Below are positions 48,664-59,723 of a stretch of 64,000 nucleotides of DNA, piece by piece. The notes under the pieces are model-generated. The model searched no databases, was not told the DNA's origin, and saw nothing but the letters and a program-made list of their open reading frames with translations. Position 1 is the first letter of the stretch; each line of letters begins with the position of its first letter. Source of the DNA: an uncultured Acidobacteriota bacterium (GTDB taxonomy: Bacteria > Acidobacteriota > Vicinamibacteria > Vicinamibacterales > UBA2999); assembly GCA_963834325.1 (NCBI GenBank), contig CAWIBL010000011.1, positions 1,094,109-1,158,108 of the forward strand, given 5' to 3'. The position numbers and the translations under genes were made by a program.

Positions 48664-49296
48664 ATGACTCTGGCCCTCAGTCCGCGCGAGCGCCTGCGCG
48701 AATCGACCCGCGACGCCATCCTCGACGCCGCCGCCCGGAGCTTCAACGCCGGCGCCGCCGGCGCCGTGCGGATGGAAGACATCGCGGCCGGCGCGGGTAT
48801 CGCCGTGGGCACGCTCTACAACTACTTCACCGACCGGCAGACGCTCGTCGCCGCGCTGCTGCAGTCGCGCACCCAGCGCCTGCTCGACGCGCTCGACGCG
48901 GCCGCGGCCGCGGGCGCGGCCGAGGGCCATCCCGTCGCCGCCGCCGCCGTGACCGAGGAGCTGCGGCAGTTCGTGGCCACGCTGGTCAGGCATTGGGACG
49001 CCAATCGCATCCTGCTCACGCTGATGATCGAGGACCTGCTGCAGCGCGGCGCCGACGCCCGCGCCGTGCATCGCCAGCACACCGTCGCCACCCAGTTGCT
49101 GGCCCGCGCGCAGACGCTGATGGCCCGCGGCATCGACGCCGGCGTGCTGCGCCCGGCCGATACCGGCATCTACGCCGCCATGCTGCTCGGCATGGTCCGC
49201 GGCGTCGTCACCAAGTCGATCGTCGGCGGCGAGGCCGCCTTTGCGCACCACGGCGACGAGATCGTGCGCGTCTTCCTGCGCGGAGCCGCGGCGTGA
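48664..49296 (+). CDS. TetR/AcrR-family transcriptional regulator
   Basis: The HTH region is ILDAAARSFNAGAAGAVRMEDIAAGAGIAVGTLYNYFTDRQ. The 210-aa ORF is intact. Confidence 0.9.
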   Translation: MTLALSPRERLRESTRDAILDAAARSFNAGAAGAVRMEDIAAGAGIAVGTLYNYFTDRQTLVAALLQSRTQRLLDALDAAAAAGAAEGHPVAAAAVTEELRQFVATLVRHWDANRILLTLMIEDLLQRGADARAVHRQHTVATQLLARAQTLMARGIDAGVLRPADTGIYAAMLLGMVRGVVTKSIVGGEAAFAHHGDEIVRVFLRGAAA

Positions 49297-49337
49297 GCGG
49301 CCGCCGCCCTGCGTCCTCCACGAAAGCGTCACCCCCC

Positions 49338-50222
49338 ATGCCCATTGTCCGAAACGCGCCTCGCCGTCAGCTCGCGGCCGCGGCCTGGGCCATCGTCCTG
49401 GCCCTGCCGCTGGGCACGGCCGCTCAGACCCCCGCCCCGGCGCCGTCCGCCGCGCCCCAGGTCCTGCCGCTCGAACCGGCGCGTGAGCGCGGGGTCAGCG
49501 TCACGCCGGCCTTCGAGGGCTGGTATGAGAACGCCGACGGCAGCTTCACCCTGCTCGTCGGCTACTTCAACCGCAACAAGGCCGAGACCTTCGACATCCC
49601 GGTCGGGCCCAACAACCGCATCGAGCCGGGCGACATCGACCAGGGCCAGCCCACCTATTTCGCCACCGGCCGCAACTGGGGGGTGTTTGCCATCAAGGTG
49701 CCCAAGGACTTCGGCACCCGGATGCTCACCTGGACGATCGTGTCCAACGGCGAGGTGCAGGCGATTCCGCTCGGTCTCACCAAGGGCTACACCATCACCC
49801 CCTTTGTCGAATCGGGGATGGGCAACCGCCCGCCGGTCTTCACCTTCGCGCCTGGCGCGGAGAAGTTCACCGGCCCGCCCACGGCCGTCGCCGCCACCAA
49901 GGCGGCCGCCGTCGGCCAGCCGGTGACCCTGGAGGTGTGGGTCGAGGATCCCAAGCAGACCAAGGTCGGCTTGCCCTCGTCGCGCTCCGCGCCCGGCGTG
50001 GCCCAGGTCTCGTTCCACAAGTTCCGCGGTCCAGGCCGCGTGACGTTCGACCCGGTGCGGATGCCGGTGCCCAATCAGGGCGACATGGTGAGCACCAAGG
50101 CGACGTTCAGCCTGCCGGGCGAATACCTCGTGCGCGTGCAGGGCAACGACGAATCGGGCGAAGGCGGCGCTGGGTTCCAGTGCTGCTGGACCAACACCTA
50201 CGTCAAAGTGTCGGTGAAATAG
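49338..50222 (+). CDS. Secreted hypothetical protein (unknown family)
   Basis: ATG at 49338 with the signal MPIVRNAPRRQLAAAAWAIVLALPLGTAAQ. The sequence is beta-rich and ends GFQCCWTNTYVKVSVK. It lies 41 nt after TetR and 12 nt before the next gene. Confidence 0.65.
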   Translation: MPIVRNAPRRQLAAAAWAIVLALPLGTAAQTPAPAPSAAPQVLPLEPARERGVSVTPAFEGWYENADGSFTLLVGYFNRNKAETFDIPVGPNNRIEPGDIDQGQPTYFATGRNWGVFAIKVPKDFGTRMLTWTIVSNGEVQAIPLGLTKGYTITPFVESGMGNRPPVFTFAPGAEKFTGPPTAVAATKAAAVGQPVTLEVWVEDPKQTKVGLPSSRSAPGVAQVSFHKFRGPGRVTFDPVRMPVPNQGDMVSTKATFSLPGEYLVRVQGNDESGEGGAGFQCCWTNTYVKVSVK

Positions 50223-50234
50223 GGAGCCACGAAC

Positions 50235-51585
50235 ATGACCCGTGAGAACCAGAGACAGGCACGAAACGGGGCGTTGGGCCTTACGGTGCTGGCCGCCGCG
50301 CTGTGGCTGCCGGGCTCGGCCGCGGCTGGCCAGGCGCCGGCAGCGGCGCCCACCTTCTCGAAGGACGTAGCCCCGATCTTCCAGGCCAAGTGCGAGGCCT
50401 GTCACCGGCCCGACTCGATCGCGCCGATGTCGCTCGTCACCTATCAGCAGGCGCGGCCGTGGGCCCGCTCGATCAAGGCGCGCGTGCTCGAGCACCAGAT
50501 GCCGCCCTTCCAGATCGACCGCACCGTCGGCGTCACCAAGTTCAAGAACGACGAGTCGCTGAGCGACGGCGAGCTGCAGACCATCGTGAAGTGGGTCGAC
50601 GCCGGCGCGCCGCAGGGCGACCCCAAGGAGCTGCCGCCGGCCCGGGAGTGGCCGAGCGACCAGGGCTGGAACTTCGCCAAGATCTTCGGGCAGGCCGAGC
50701 CGGACCTGGTCGTCAAGTCGGAGTCGTTCACCATGCCGGCCGTGGCCCAGGACGCGTGGGACGAGCGCGTCACCCCGTCGGGCATCACCGAGCCGCGCTG
50801 GGTGCGGGCCATCGAGATCCGGCCCAACGCCGTCAAGGGCCGCAAGATCACCCACCACGCCATCGCCTACCTGCAGCAGGACGAGCCCGGCGTCGTGACC
50901 ACGCCGGGCCTGCCCGTGCCGTTCATGGAATGGGCCGTCGGCAAGCAGGGCGAGCTGATGCGCCCCGACACCGGCAAGCTGCTGCTGCCCGGCTCGAAGT
51001 TCCGCTGGGACATCCACTACTCGCAGGCCGGCGAGGAAATCACCAGCAACGTCGAGATGGGCATCTACTTCTACCCCAAGGGGCAGGAGCCGAAGTACCG
51101 CAACTCGCTGTCGCTCGTGCCGGCCGCGCTCGGCACCCTCGACATCCGGCCCAATGCCATCACCGTGAGTGAAGGCTTCTTCCCGCTCAAGGACAACGCC
51201 CGCATCGAGAGCTTCCAGCCGCACATGCACCTGCGCGGCAAGGCCATGATGGTCGAGGCCGTCCTGCCGAGCGGCCAGCGCCAGGTGCTCAGCAACGTCG
51301 AGCGACTTCAACTTCATGTGGATGACCACCTTCGTCTACGCCGACGACGTGGCGCCGCTGCTGCCCAAGGGCACGCTGCTCAAGGTCACCGCGTGGCACG
51401 ACAACACCACCGGCAAGAAGAGCAATCCCGATCCGAACCAGTGGGTCGGCTGGGGCGACCGGACGGTCGACGAGATGGCCCATGCCTGGATCAACATCGT
51501 CTACATGAAGGACGACGAGTACAAGGCCGAGGTCGAGAAGCGCAAGAGCGGCGCGGCCACGACTTCGGCGCGCGACCGGCAGTAG
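50235..51585 (+). pseudogene. Secreted CxxCH (heme c motif) protein fused to a PHM/DBH-like type-2 copper monooxygenase fold; one +1 break at ~51300
   Basis: It has a signal peptide and FSKDVAPIFQAKCEACHRPDSIAPMSL. It then has ITHHAIAY, 53 aa later WDIHYS, then FQPHMHLRGKAM, and about 90 aa later TVDEMAHAWINIVYM. Removing one base joins ..VLSNV to SDFNFMWMTTFVYADD. Confidence 0.7.
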
Positions 51586-52766
51586 AGCCGCCGGCGCCGG
51601 CGCACGATTCGGCCTTTCGCACGGATGGGGTTCGCTGGTAATCTCTCCCCGTTCGCCCGAGCAACGGCGTGCGGTTCTGTGCCTCAAGCAGGGCAGAGCT
51701 GCCGCCGATAACCCGGGTGAACTGAGCTGCTGAACTTGGGCGGAGGCGGGGCCTGGTCTCGCTGCCGTCGCGGGTCATGGCAGCGGATTTGGAGCCGCCC
51801 TGGTGCCCCGCCGCGTCCGCGTCTGCCTCGTCCTCTGCATCCCCGTGGCGTTCGTGCTGGGCGGCTGGCACGCGCAACGCGGCATGGCCGAGCAACTGGC
51901 CACGAGCGACGCGCGCCTGGCCGCGCTCGGCGACGAACTGGCAAGCAGCATCCTCGAGATGCGCGAGTGGCAGGCCGGCCCAGGCGCGGCCCGCGTGTCG
52001 GGGGGCGCGGGCGGCGAGGCCGAGCTGGTCGACGAGATCAAGCGGCAGTTGCAGCACGAGATGGGGCTGATGCCGATCAAGCTGCTGCGTGAGCGGCGCG
52101 AGAGCTTCGTCGAGCTGAACGCCGTCGACGCCGCCGGCAAGGTCGGCTACGGCACCGCCGGTTACCTCGGGAACGGTTACTTCATTACCGTGAAGCATGC
52201 GGTGGTGGCCCTCGACGACGACGGCGGCGACGGCCGGGGCCGCGACATCATCTCGATCAAGCTGCGCTACAAGGATCAGGACCTGCCGGCGCAGATTGTC
52301 GATGCCGGCGACGCCACGGCCGAAGTCCATTCCGGCGACTGGGCGCTGATTCGCGTCAAGGGCGCCATCGACCTGCCGCCCCTCCGGGTCAACGCGAGCT
52401 ACGCCTACGAGTTTGCCGACCCCATCTTCCGGCTGGGCAACGACTACTCGAAGGGCATCATCCTCAGCTCCGGCTACGTCGGCCAGCGCACGGCCAACGG
52501 GCTGGTCACCTGCCTCACCGACGGCCACCCCGGGGTGTCGGGCGGCGGCGTGCTGGATCAGCAGGGCGATCTCGTCGGCATCCCCATCGGGCGGATGCAG
52601 GGCGACTACCGCTTCTCGTTCATCCTGCCGCTGCGCGACGAGATGTTCCGCAAGTTCAAGCCCGCGGCCCCGCCAGCGCGCCGCGTTCCGGCCCCGGTAT
52701 CGGCGGCGGTGGCGGGCGAAGTGGCGCAGGCGCCGGCCCCGGCCCCGCTGGACGCCCCGGTGGCCG

Positions 52767-53759
<993 letters not shown>

Positions 53760-53942
53760 GTCATTACGATACCTGGCGGCGGGTTCCGGTTTCCTCCGGC
53801 CCAGGCCGCGACCACACCCGCGTCGTGACCTCGCCATCTCCAGTCCCGATGCAGCGCCGCGGGTGATACGCTAGTGCGTTTCCCGCGCGCCCCGGACATT
53901 CCGACGGCAGCCGCGTGTGCGTGATTGAAAGGACCAACGAGG

Positions 53943-56796
53943 ATGACAGCGATGACTTTGCGGCGCCTGTGCGCCGTGGCTCTGGCCGTGTTGCTGCCGG
54001 CGGTGAGCTTCGCGCAGGGCGGCGGCGCCAGCACGACCGGCACCATTCTGGGACGCGTGACCGACTCCAGCGAGCTGGTCCTGCCGGGCGTGACCGTGAC
54101 CGCCACCAGCCCCTCGATGATCGGGCCGCAGACGCAGGTGACCGGCGAGAACGGCACCTTCCGCTTCCCGGCCGTGCCGCCCGGCGTCTACACCCTCACC
54201 TTCGAACTGGCCGGGTTCAACGGCTTCCGGCGCGAGGGCATCCAGGTGGCCCTCGGCTTCAATGCCACCGTCAACGCGCAGCTGGCCGTGGCCTCGCTGC
54301 AGGAGACGGTGACCGTCACCGGCGCCTCGCCGGTCATCGACACCTCCGCCACGAGCGTGCAGCAGAACTTCAAGGCCGAGCAGCTCAACTCGATTCCCAA
54401 CGGCCGCGACATGTGGGCGCTGCTGGCGGCGACGCCTGGCGTGGTGATGAGCCGCATCGACGTCGGCGGCAACCGCGCCGGCAACCAGACCGGCTACACC
54501 GCCTACGGGCTCACCGGCCAGGTGCGGGTGTCGGTCGAGGGCATCAACACCACCGAAGGCACCGGCGGCGCCGGCTTCTACTTCGACTACGGCTCGTTCG
54601 AGGAAGTGTTCCTCGGCGTGGCCGGTCAGGGCGCCGAAGCCGCCACCCCCGGCGTGCAGTCGCAGTTCCTCGGCAAGTCGGGCGGCAACCGCTTTGCCGG
54701 CGAGTTCTACCAGGACTACTACAACAACGGCTTCCAGGCCTCGAACCTCTCGGACGCGCAGCTGGCCGCCGGCCTTCGCCCGGGCAGCAACGAAGTGGAC
54801 AGCTACCGCGACATGAACCTGAACTTCGGCGGTCCCATCAAGAAGGACAAGGCCTGGTTCCACACCTCGTGGCGCAAGCAGTTCAACGCCGTCGAGAACA
54901 GCCAGTTCGACTTCGAGAAGACCTTCGACACGTGGAACACCAATCCGTCGGTGAAAGCCACCTATCAGCTGACCCAGAACCACAAATTGGTCGGCTACTA
55001 CCAGTGGAACATGAAGACGCAGCCAAACCGGCTGCCGCTCGGCACCTATTTCTACGACAACGAAGGCCAGACGGTGCGCCAGGAATCTCCGAGCTGGGTC
55101 TACAAGGGCGAGTGGAACGGCACGATCAGCGACAAGCTCTATCTCGAGGCCCGCTTCGGCGACTTCGGCTACTACGACCCGCGCCGCACCAACAGCGACG
55201 AGCAGTACTTCTGGCGCGACAGCGGCACGCTGCGCCTGACCGGGGCGCACGCCCAGAGCCAGACCGACCGCGATCGCAAGCAGCTGACCGGCGCCGCCAC
55301 TTATTTCCTCGACACCAAGAAGGGCTCGCACACCATCAAGTTCGGCGGCGAGATCTACAAGGAGTCGCAGTGGAGCGGCCGCCAGCAGAACGTCGGCGGC
55401 AACATCGAACACATCTACGCCAACGGCCGCTCGAGCCAGGTGGTGTTCGGCGTGCCCACGGCCCTCTCGGTCAGCGGCCGCCGCGCCAGCGACGACGGCG
55501 ACCTGCTCGTGGTCAACAAGCTCGATCAGCAGGACCTGTTCCTGAACGACACCTGGGCCCTCGGCCGCCTCACGCTGACCATGGGCGCGCGCTGGGATCG
55601 CTACAAGGGCTGGATGCCCGAGAACCGGCAGCTCGCCTACAGCATCGGCCCGGTGAGCGTGCCGGCGCAGGTCTTCCCGGAGCGCGACTTCTTCACCTGG
55701 AACTCCTTCGGCCCGCGCGTGGGCATGACCTACGATCTGGCCGGCGACGGCAAGACCGTGGTCAAGGCCAGCTACGGGCTCTTCTGGCACAACCCCGGAC
55801 CGACGGTGAGCGCCGACGCCAATCCCAACCAGAACAACAAGAGCGTCACCTACAACTGGAACGACGTGAACGGCGACCGGCGCTACCAGGTGGGCGAGGA
55901 AGTGGGCGCCCCGACCAACACCACGCTGGCCGGCACCATCCAGATCGACCCGGACCTGCAAGCAGCCCTACTCGCACGACGCCTCGGTCTACCTCGAGCG
56001 CCAGCTCGCCGGCAACATCGCCTCGCGCCTCGGCTTCGTCTACAAGACGGAAGACGACCTCATCTCGCTCTACAACCCGAGCCGGCCGATCTCGGCCTAC
56101 ACCGTGCCCTTCCCGTTTGTCGACATCGGCGAGGACGGCGTCGGCAACACCGCCGACGACCGCACGCTCACCCTCTACGGCGTGCCGGTGGCGCAGGCCG
56201 CCAGCTTCCCGATCAGCAACGTGGAGCAGAACACGCCGCGCTTCTCGCGCTACAAGACGGTGGAAGCGTCGATGGCCAAGCGCCAGGGCGAGCGCTGGTC
56301 GGCGCAGGTCGGCGGCAGCTACACGTGGCTGAACGACTTCCCGGGCCAGTACCCGAACGACCCCAACGCGCAGTTTGCCGAACCGACCACCCGCTGGGAC
56401 TTCAAGGTGTCGGGCAGCGTCGCCATGCCGTTCGGCATCCGCCTCTCGCCGCTGCTGCGCCACCAGGCGGGCCAGAACTACGCCCGCCTGATCTCGGTGG
56501 GCTCGGCGGCGGCCACCGCGGCCGGCGCCATCTACGCGAGCACGACCGCCAACCCGTTTGCGGTCGAACCGCGCGATGCGCGGCGCCAGGACAACATCAC
56601 CGTGCTCGACCTTCGCGCCGATCGCGCCTTCACCCTCTACCGCAGCCTGCGGGTGCGGCTGATCGGCGACCTGTTCAACATCACCAACAGCAACGCGGTC
56701 GAAACCCGCACGGTCACGACCGGCTCCGCGTTCAACCGGCCGACGGCGGTACTGGCGCCGCGCACGGCCCGCATCGGCGTCCGCGTCACCTTCTAG
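53943..56796 (+). pseudogene. TonB-dependent-receptor-like outer-membrane protein (CarboxypepD_reg type); one +1 break at ~55959
   Basis: It has the signal MTAMTLRRLCAVALAVLLPAVSFAQ and GRVTDSSELVLPGVTVTATS. It also has TVTVTGASPVIDTSATS. Repair gives IDPDLKQPYSHDASVYLERQ. The C-terminus is APRTARIGVRVTF. Confidence 0.85.
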
Positions 56797-56917
56797 TCGC
56801 TCTACCTTGCCGGCCCGGGCCAGCCGCCGACGCGGCGGTCCGGGCGGCCCTCTCGTTTCCCGCCGGTTGCCCGCGCTCGGCCTGCCTGGTTGAGCGCTCC
56901 CCCTGCCCGCCCTCGCG

Positions 56918-58232
56918 TCAGCCCGCCTGCGCCACCCGCTCGCCCTCTTCCACGTCGACCCGCGACAGCAACCAGCCGCCCACCACGAAGAACGCGATCA
57001 TGCCGAGGACGGCCGATCGCGACGAGCCGGTGAGCACGCCGCTGACGGTGAAGACGAGCGGGCCGAGGATGGTGGCGAAGCGTTCGACCACCGCGTAGAA
57101 GCCGAAGTACTCCGAGGTCTTGGCCGGAGGGATGACGCGCGAGAAGAGCGAGCGGCTGAGCGCCTGCGCGCCGCCCTGCACCGTCGCCACGAGCCCGGCC
57201 AGCAGGAAGAAGTGGGTGGCGTTCTGCATGAAGAAGCCCAGCGTGGCGGCCACCGAATAGACGGCCAGGGCCAGGAAGATGGCGCGCTTGGTGCCGATGC
57301 GCGGGCCCAGGCTGCCGAAGAGGAACGAGAACGGCACGCCCAGGAACTGCACCATCGCGAAGGCCGCGATCTGCTCCGATCTGGCCCACCCCGACCTCCG
57401 CGCCGTAGATCCCGGCAAAGCGGATGATGGTCTGGATGCCGTCCTGATAGACCAGCATCGCCAGCAGCATCAGGAACGCCTGCCGGTACTGCCGGATCTC
57501 GTGGAAGGTCCGGGCCAGGCGCGCCAGCGAGGCGCGCAGGGGCGACTCGCGGCCGCCTTCCGCCGGCGCCAGCACCCGCGGCGGCTCGGGCACCTGGCGC
57601 AGCAGCGGGATCATGAAGAGCAGCCACCACACCCCGACGCTGGCAAACGACAGCTTGGTGGCGGCCACCGTGCCCGACAGCCCGAACCACTGCGGCTGCA
57701 GGATCCAGGCGAGGTTCAGCACGAGCAGGACGCCGCCGCCCAGGTAGCCGAGCGCGTAGCCGGCCGACGACACGCGGTCGGTTTCGGCCGGCGTGGCCAC
57801 GCTCGGCAGCATCGAGTCGTAGAACACGAGCGAGCCCGAGACGCCGAGGTTGCCGAGGATGAAGATGGCTGCCGCCCACGCCCACCCGCCCTCGCGGATG
57901 GTGGCCAGCAGGAACGTGCTGGCGATGCCCAGGCCGGCGAAGGTGACGAGCATCTGCCGGCGGCGCGCGGTGTAGTCGCCGTAGGCCCCGAGCACCGGCG
58001 CGGCCAGCGCCACGATGGTCATGGCCACGGTGGTGATGATGCCGAAGCGCGTCGTGGCCTCGGCGGGGCTCATCCCGCTGGCGGCGTAGGAGGAGAAGAA
58101 CGGCGGGAACACCGCCGTCACGACGGTGGTGAAGTAGGCGGAGTTGCCGCAGTCGTACCACGCCCAGGCGCGTTGCGCCGGAGTCACCAGGCCGACGCGG
58201 GCGAGCGCGCGGGAGAGCACGGCCGACAGCAT
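56918..58232 (-). pseudogene. MFS transporter, UMF1/Atg22-like; one +1 break at ~57385
   Basis: The sequence starts MLSAVLSRALARVGLVTPAQRAWAWYDCGNSAYFTTVVTAVFPPFF. It continues in ORF 56918..57418 (QIAAFAMVQFLGVPFSFLFG). Confidence 0.8.
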
Positions 58233-58308
58233 AGCGCACGCCGTGCGGCGCCCCGGCGGGGCGGCTCGGCGTCGTGCGCGGCGCTCGGGCCGCCGCGGCG
58301 CCGGCCGA

Positions 58309-59398
58309 TCAGGCGCGGCGCGCGGCCGCCGACTCGCGCGCCACCTCGCCGAGCGCGTCGAAGTCCAGGTTGGCGCCGGTGAGAATCGCCACGCAGGCGC
58401 CGCCGGTCGCGCGGCCGCGGCGGTAGACCTCGAGGCCCGCGACACCCAGCGCGCCGGCCGGTTCGACGATGCCGCGGGTGTCGCTGAAGACGGCGCGCAT
58501 GGCCTCGCAGATCTGCGCCCGCGTGACCCGCACGACCTCGTCGGCGGTGGCGCGGGCCAGGAGGAAGGTGTGCTGGCCCACCTGCCGCACCGCCACGCCG
58601 TCGGCGAACGTGTCGAGATCCTCCACCGGCACCGGCCCGCCGGCGGCCAGGGCCCGGGCCATCGCGTCGCAGTTCGACCGGCTCCACGCCAATCACGCGC
58701 ACGTCGGGCCGCAGCGCCTTGACGTAGGCGCCGACGCCGGCCAGCAGCCCGCCGCCGCCCACCGGCACCAACACCGCGTCGAGCGGGCCAGGATGCTGCC
58801 GCAGGATCTCGGCGGCCACGGTGGCCTGCCCCTCGATCACGCGCGGGTCGTCGAACGCGTGCACCAGCACCAGGCCGCGGTCCCGCGCCAGGGCCCGCGC
58901 CGCCACGTCGGCGTCGGCGAAGCGTTCGCCGACGAGGACCACCTCGGCCCCGAGCGCGTGCACGGCGGCCACCTTGATGGCCGGCGCGGTGCGCGGCATC
59001 ACGATCGTGGCGGGAACGCCGAAGTAGCGGGCCGACGCCGCAACCCCCTGCGCGTGGTTACCGGCGCTGGCCGCCACCACCCCGCGGGCGCGCACCTCGG
59101 CGGGCAGGGCGGCCAGGCAGTGGAAGGCGCCGCGGATCTTGAAACTGAAGCAGATCTGCTGGTCTTCGCGCTTCAGCCACACTGGCCCGCCGTAGCGGGC
59201 CGAGAGCGCCGGCGCCCGCTGCAGCGAGGTGCGGCGCGCCACCTCGTAGACGCGGCTGGCGTGGACCGCGTCCACGAACGCCGCCTGGGACCCGGTCGGC
59301 CGGGCGAGGCCTCGCCCCGGTCCGCCGGCCCGGGAGGGCCAGTCGGCATCAAGGGGCAGCGTGACGGTCGGGGCAAGCGGTGTCTGGCGAGTCGGCAC
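58309..59398 (-). pseudogene. PLP-dependent threonine/serine dehydratase (short form, no ACT-like domain seen); one +1 break at ~58678
   Basis: GGAGG lies 4 nt upstream of the GTG at 59398. It has the FSFKIRGA PLP-lysine motif, SAGNHAQG and VPVGGGGLLAG. Repair gives VIGVEP/SNCDAMARALAAG. Confidence 0.85.
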
Positions 59399-59452
59399 GG
59401 AACCTCCGGTGGAGGCCCGGTCCGCGAGGAAGGCGGGGGCAGATGCAGCAAA

Positions 59453-59479
59453 GCCCCGTCCTCCTTCGAGGTACGGGGC
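59453..59479 (-). terminator. Terminator/attenuator-like hairpin about 55 nt upstream of the dehydratase start
   Basis: The minus strand reads GCCCCGT, then a 13-nt loop (ACCUCGAAGGAGG), then ACGGGGC, followed by UUUGC. No equivalent U-run exists on the plus strand. Confidence 0.3.
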
Positions 59480-59723
59480 CTGTGAGCTGAAAGCTGGTGA
59501 AGAGCTTAGCCGGGCCGTACCTCGGAGTTGCGCGCCATAATGGCGCCGCAAATCGACATGATCCCGGCCACGGGACACATCACGACGAGCCGGGCGGGAA
59601 CCCGAGTCTGAGCCGGTTTCTGCGGCAGCCTCGTCATGAAGGGCCCATAGGACCCCAAGCGGCGCGACATGTCAAGGGCCGGGCGTCCCCGGACGAGGTC
59701 GCTATACTCGGGGAATCTCGCCG

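Noticed and set aside
49329-51329. 666-aa minus-strand ORF
   Set aside because: It is antisense to the secreted-protein / heme-copper oxidase genes and has a low-complexity Arg/Gly/Asp composition.
51590-51601. GCCGGCGCCGGC palindrome just after the oxidase stop, as an intrinsic terminator
   Set aside because: It is a perfect 12-nt palindrome with no loop and no U-tract. Such GC palindromes are frequent by chance at this base composition.
53760-53942. Possible cobalamin or other riboswitch upstream of TonB-type receptor 2
   Set aside because: I could not find a B12-box-like GCCACT core or the conserved paired elements. The region is GC-rich without obvious nested helices. An Infernal scan would be needed to exclude it formally.
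53871-55961. 696-aa minus-strand ORF, plus ORFs 53915..56332(+) and 55846..56463(-)
   Set aside because: They are antisense or alternate-frame to TonB-type receptor 2, whose frame shows the signal peptide, the plug-like region and the terminal aromatic residue.
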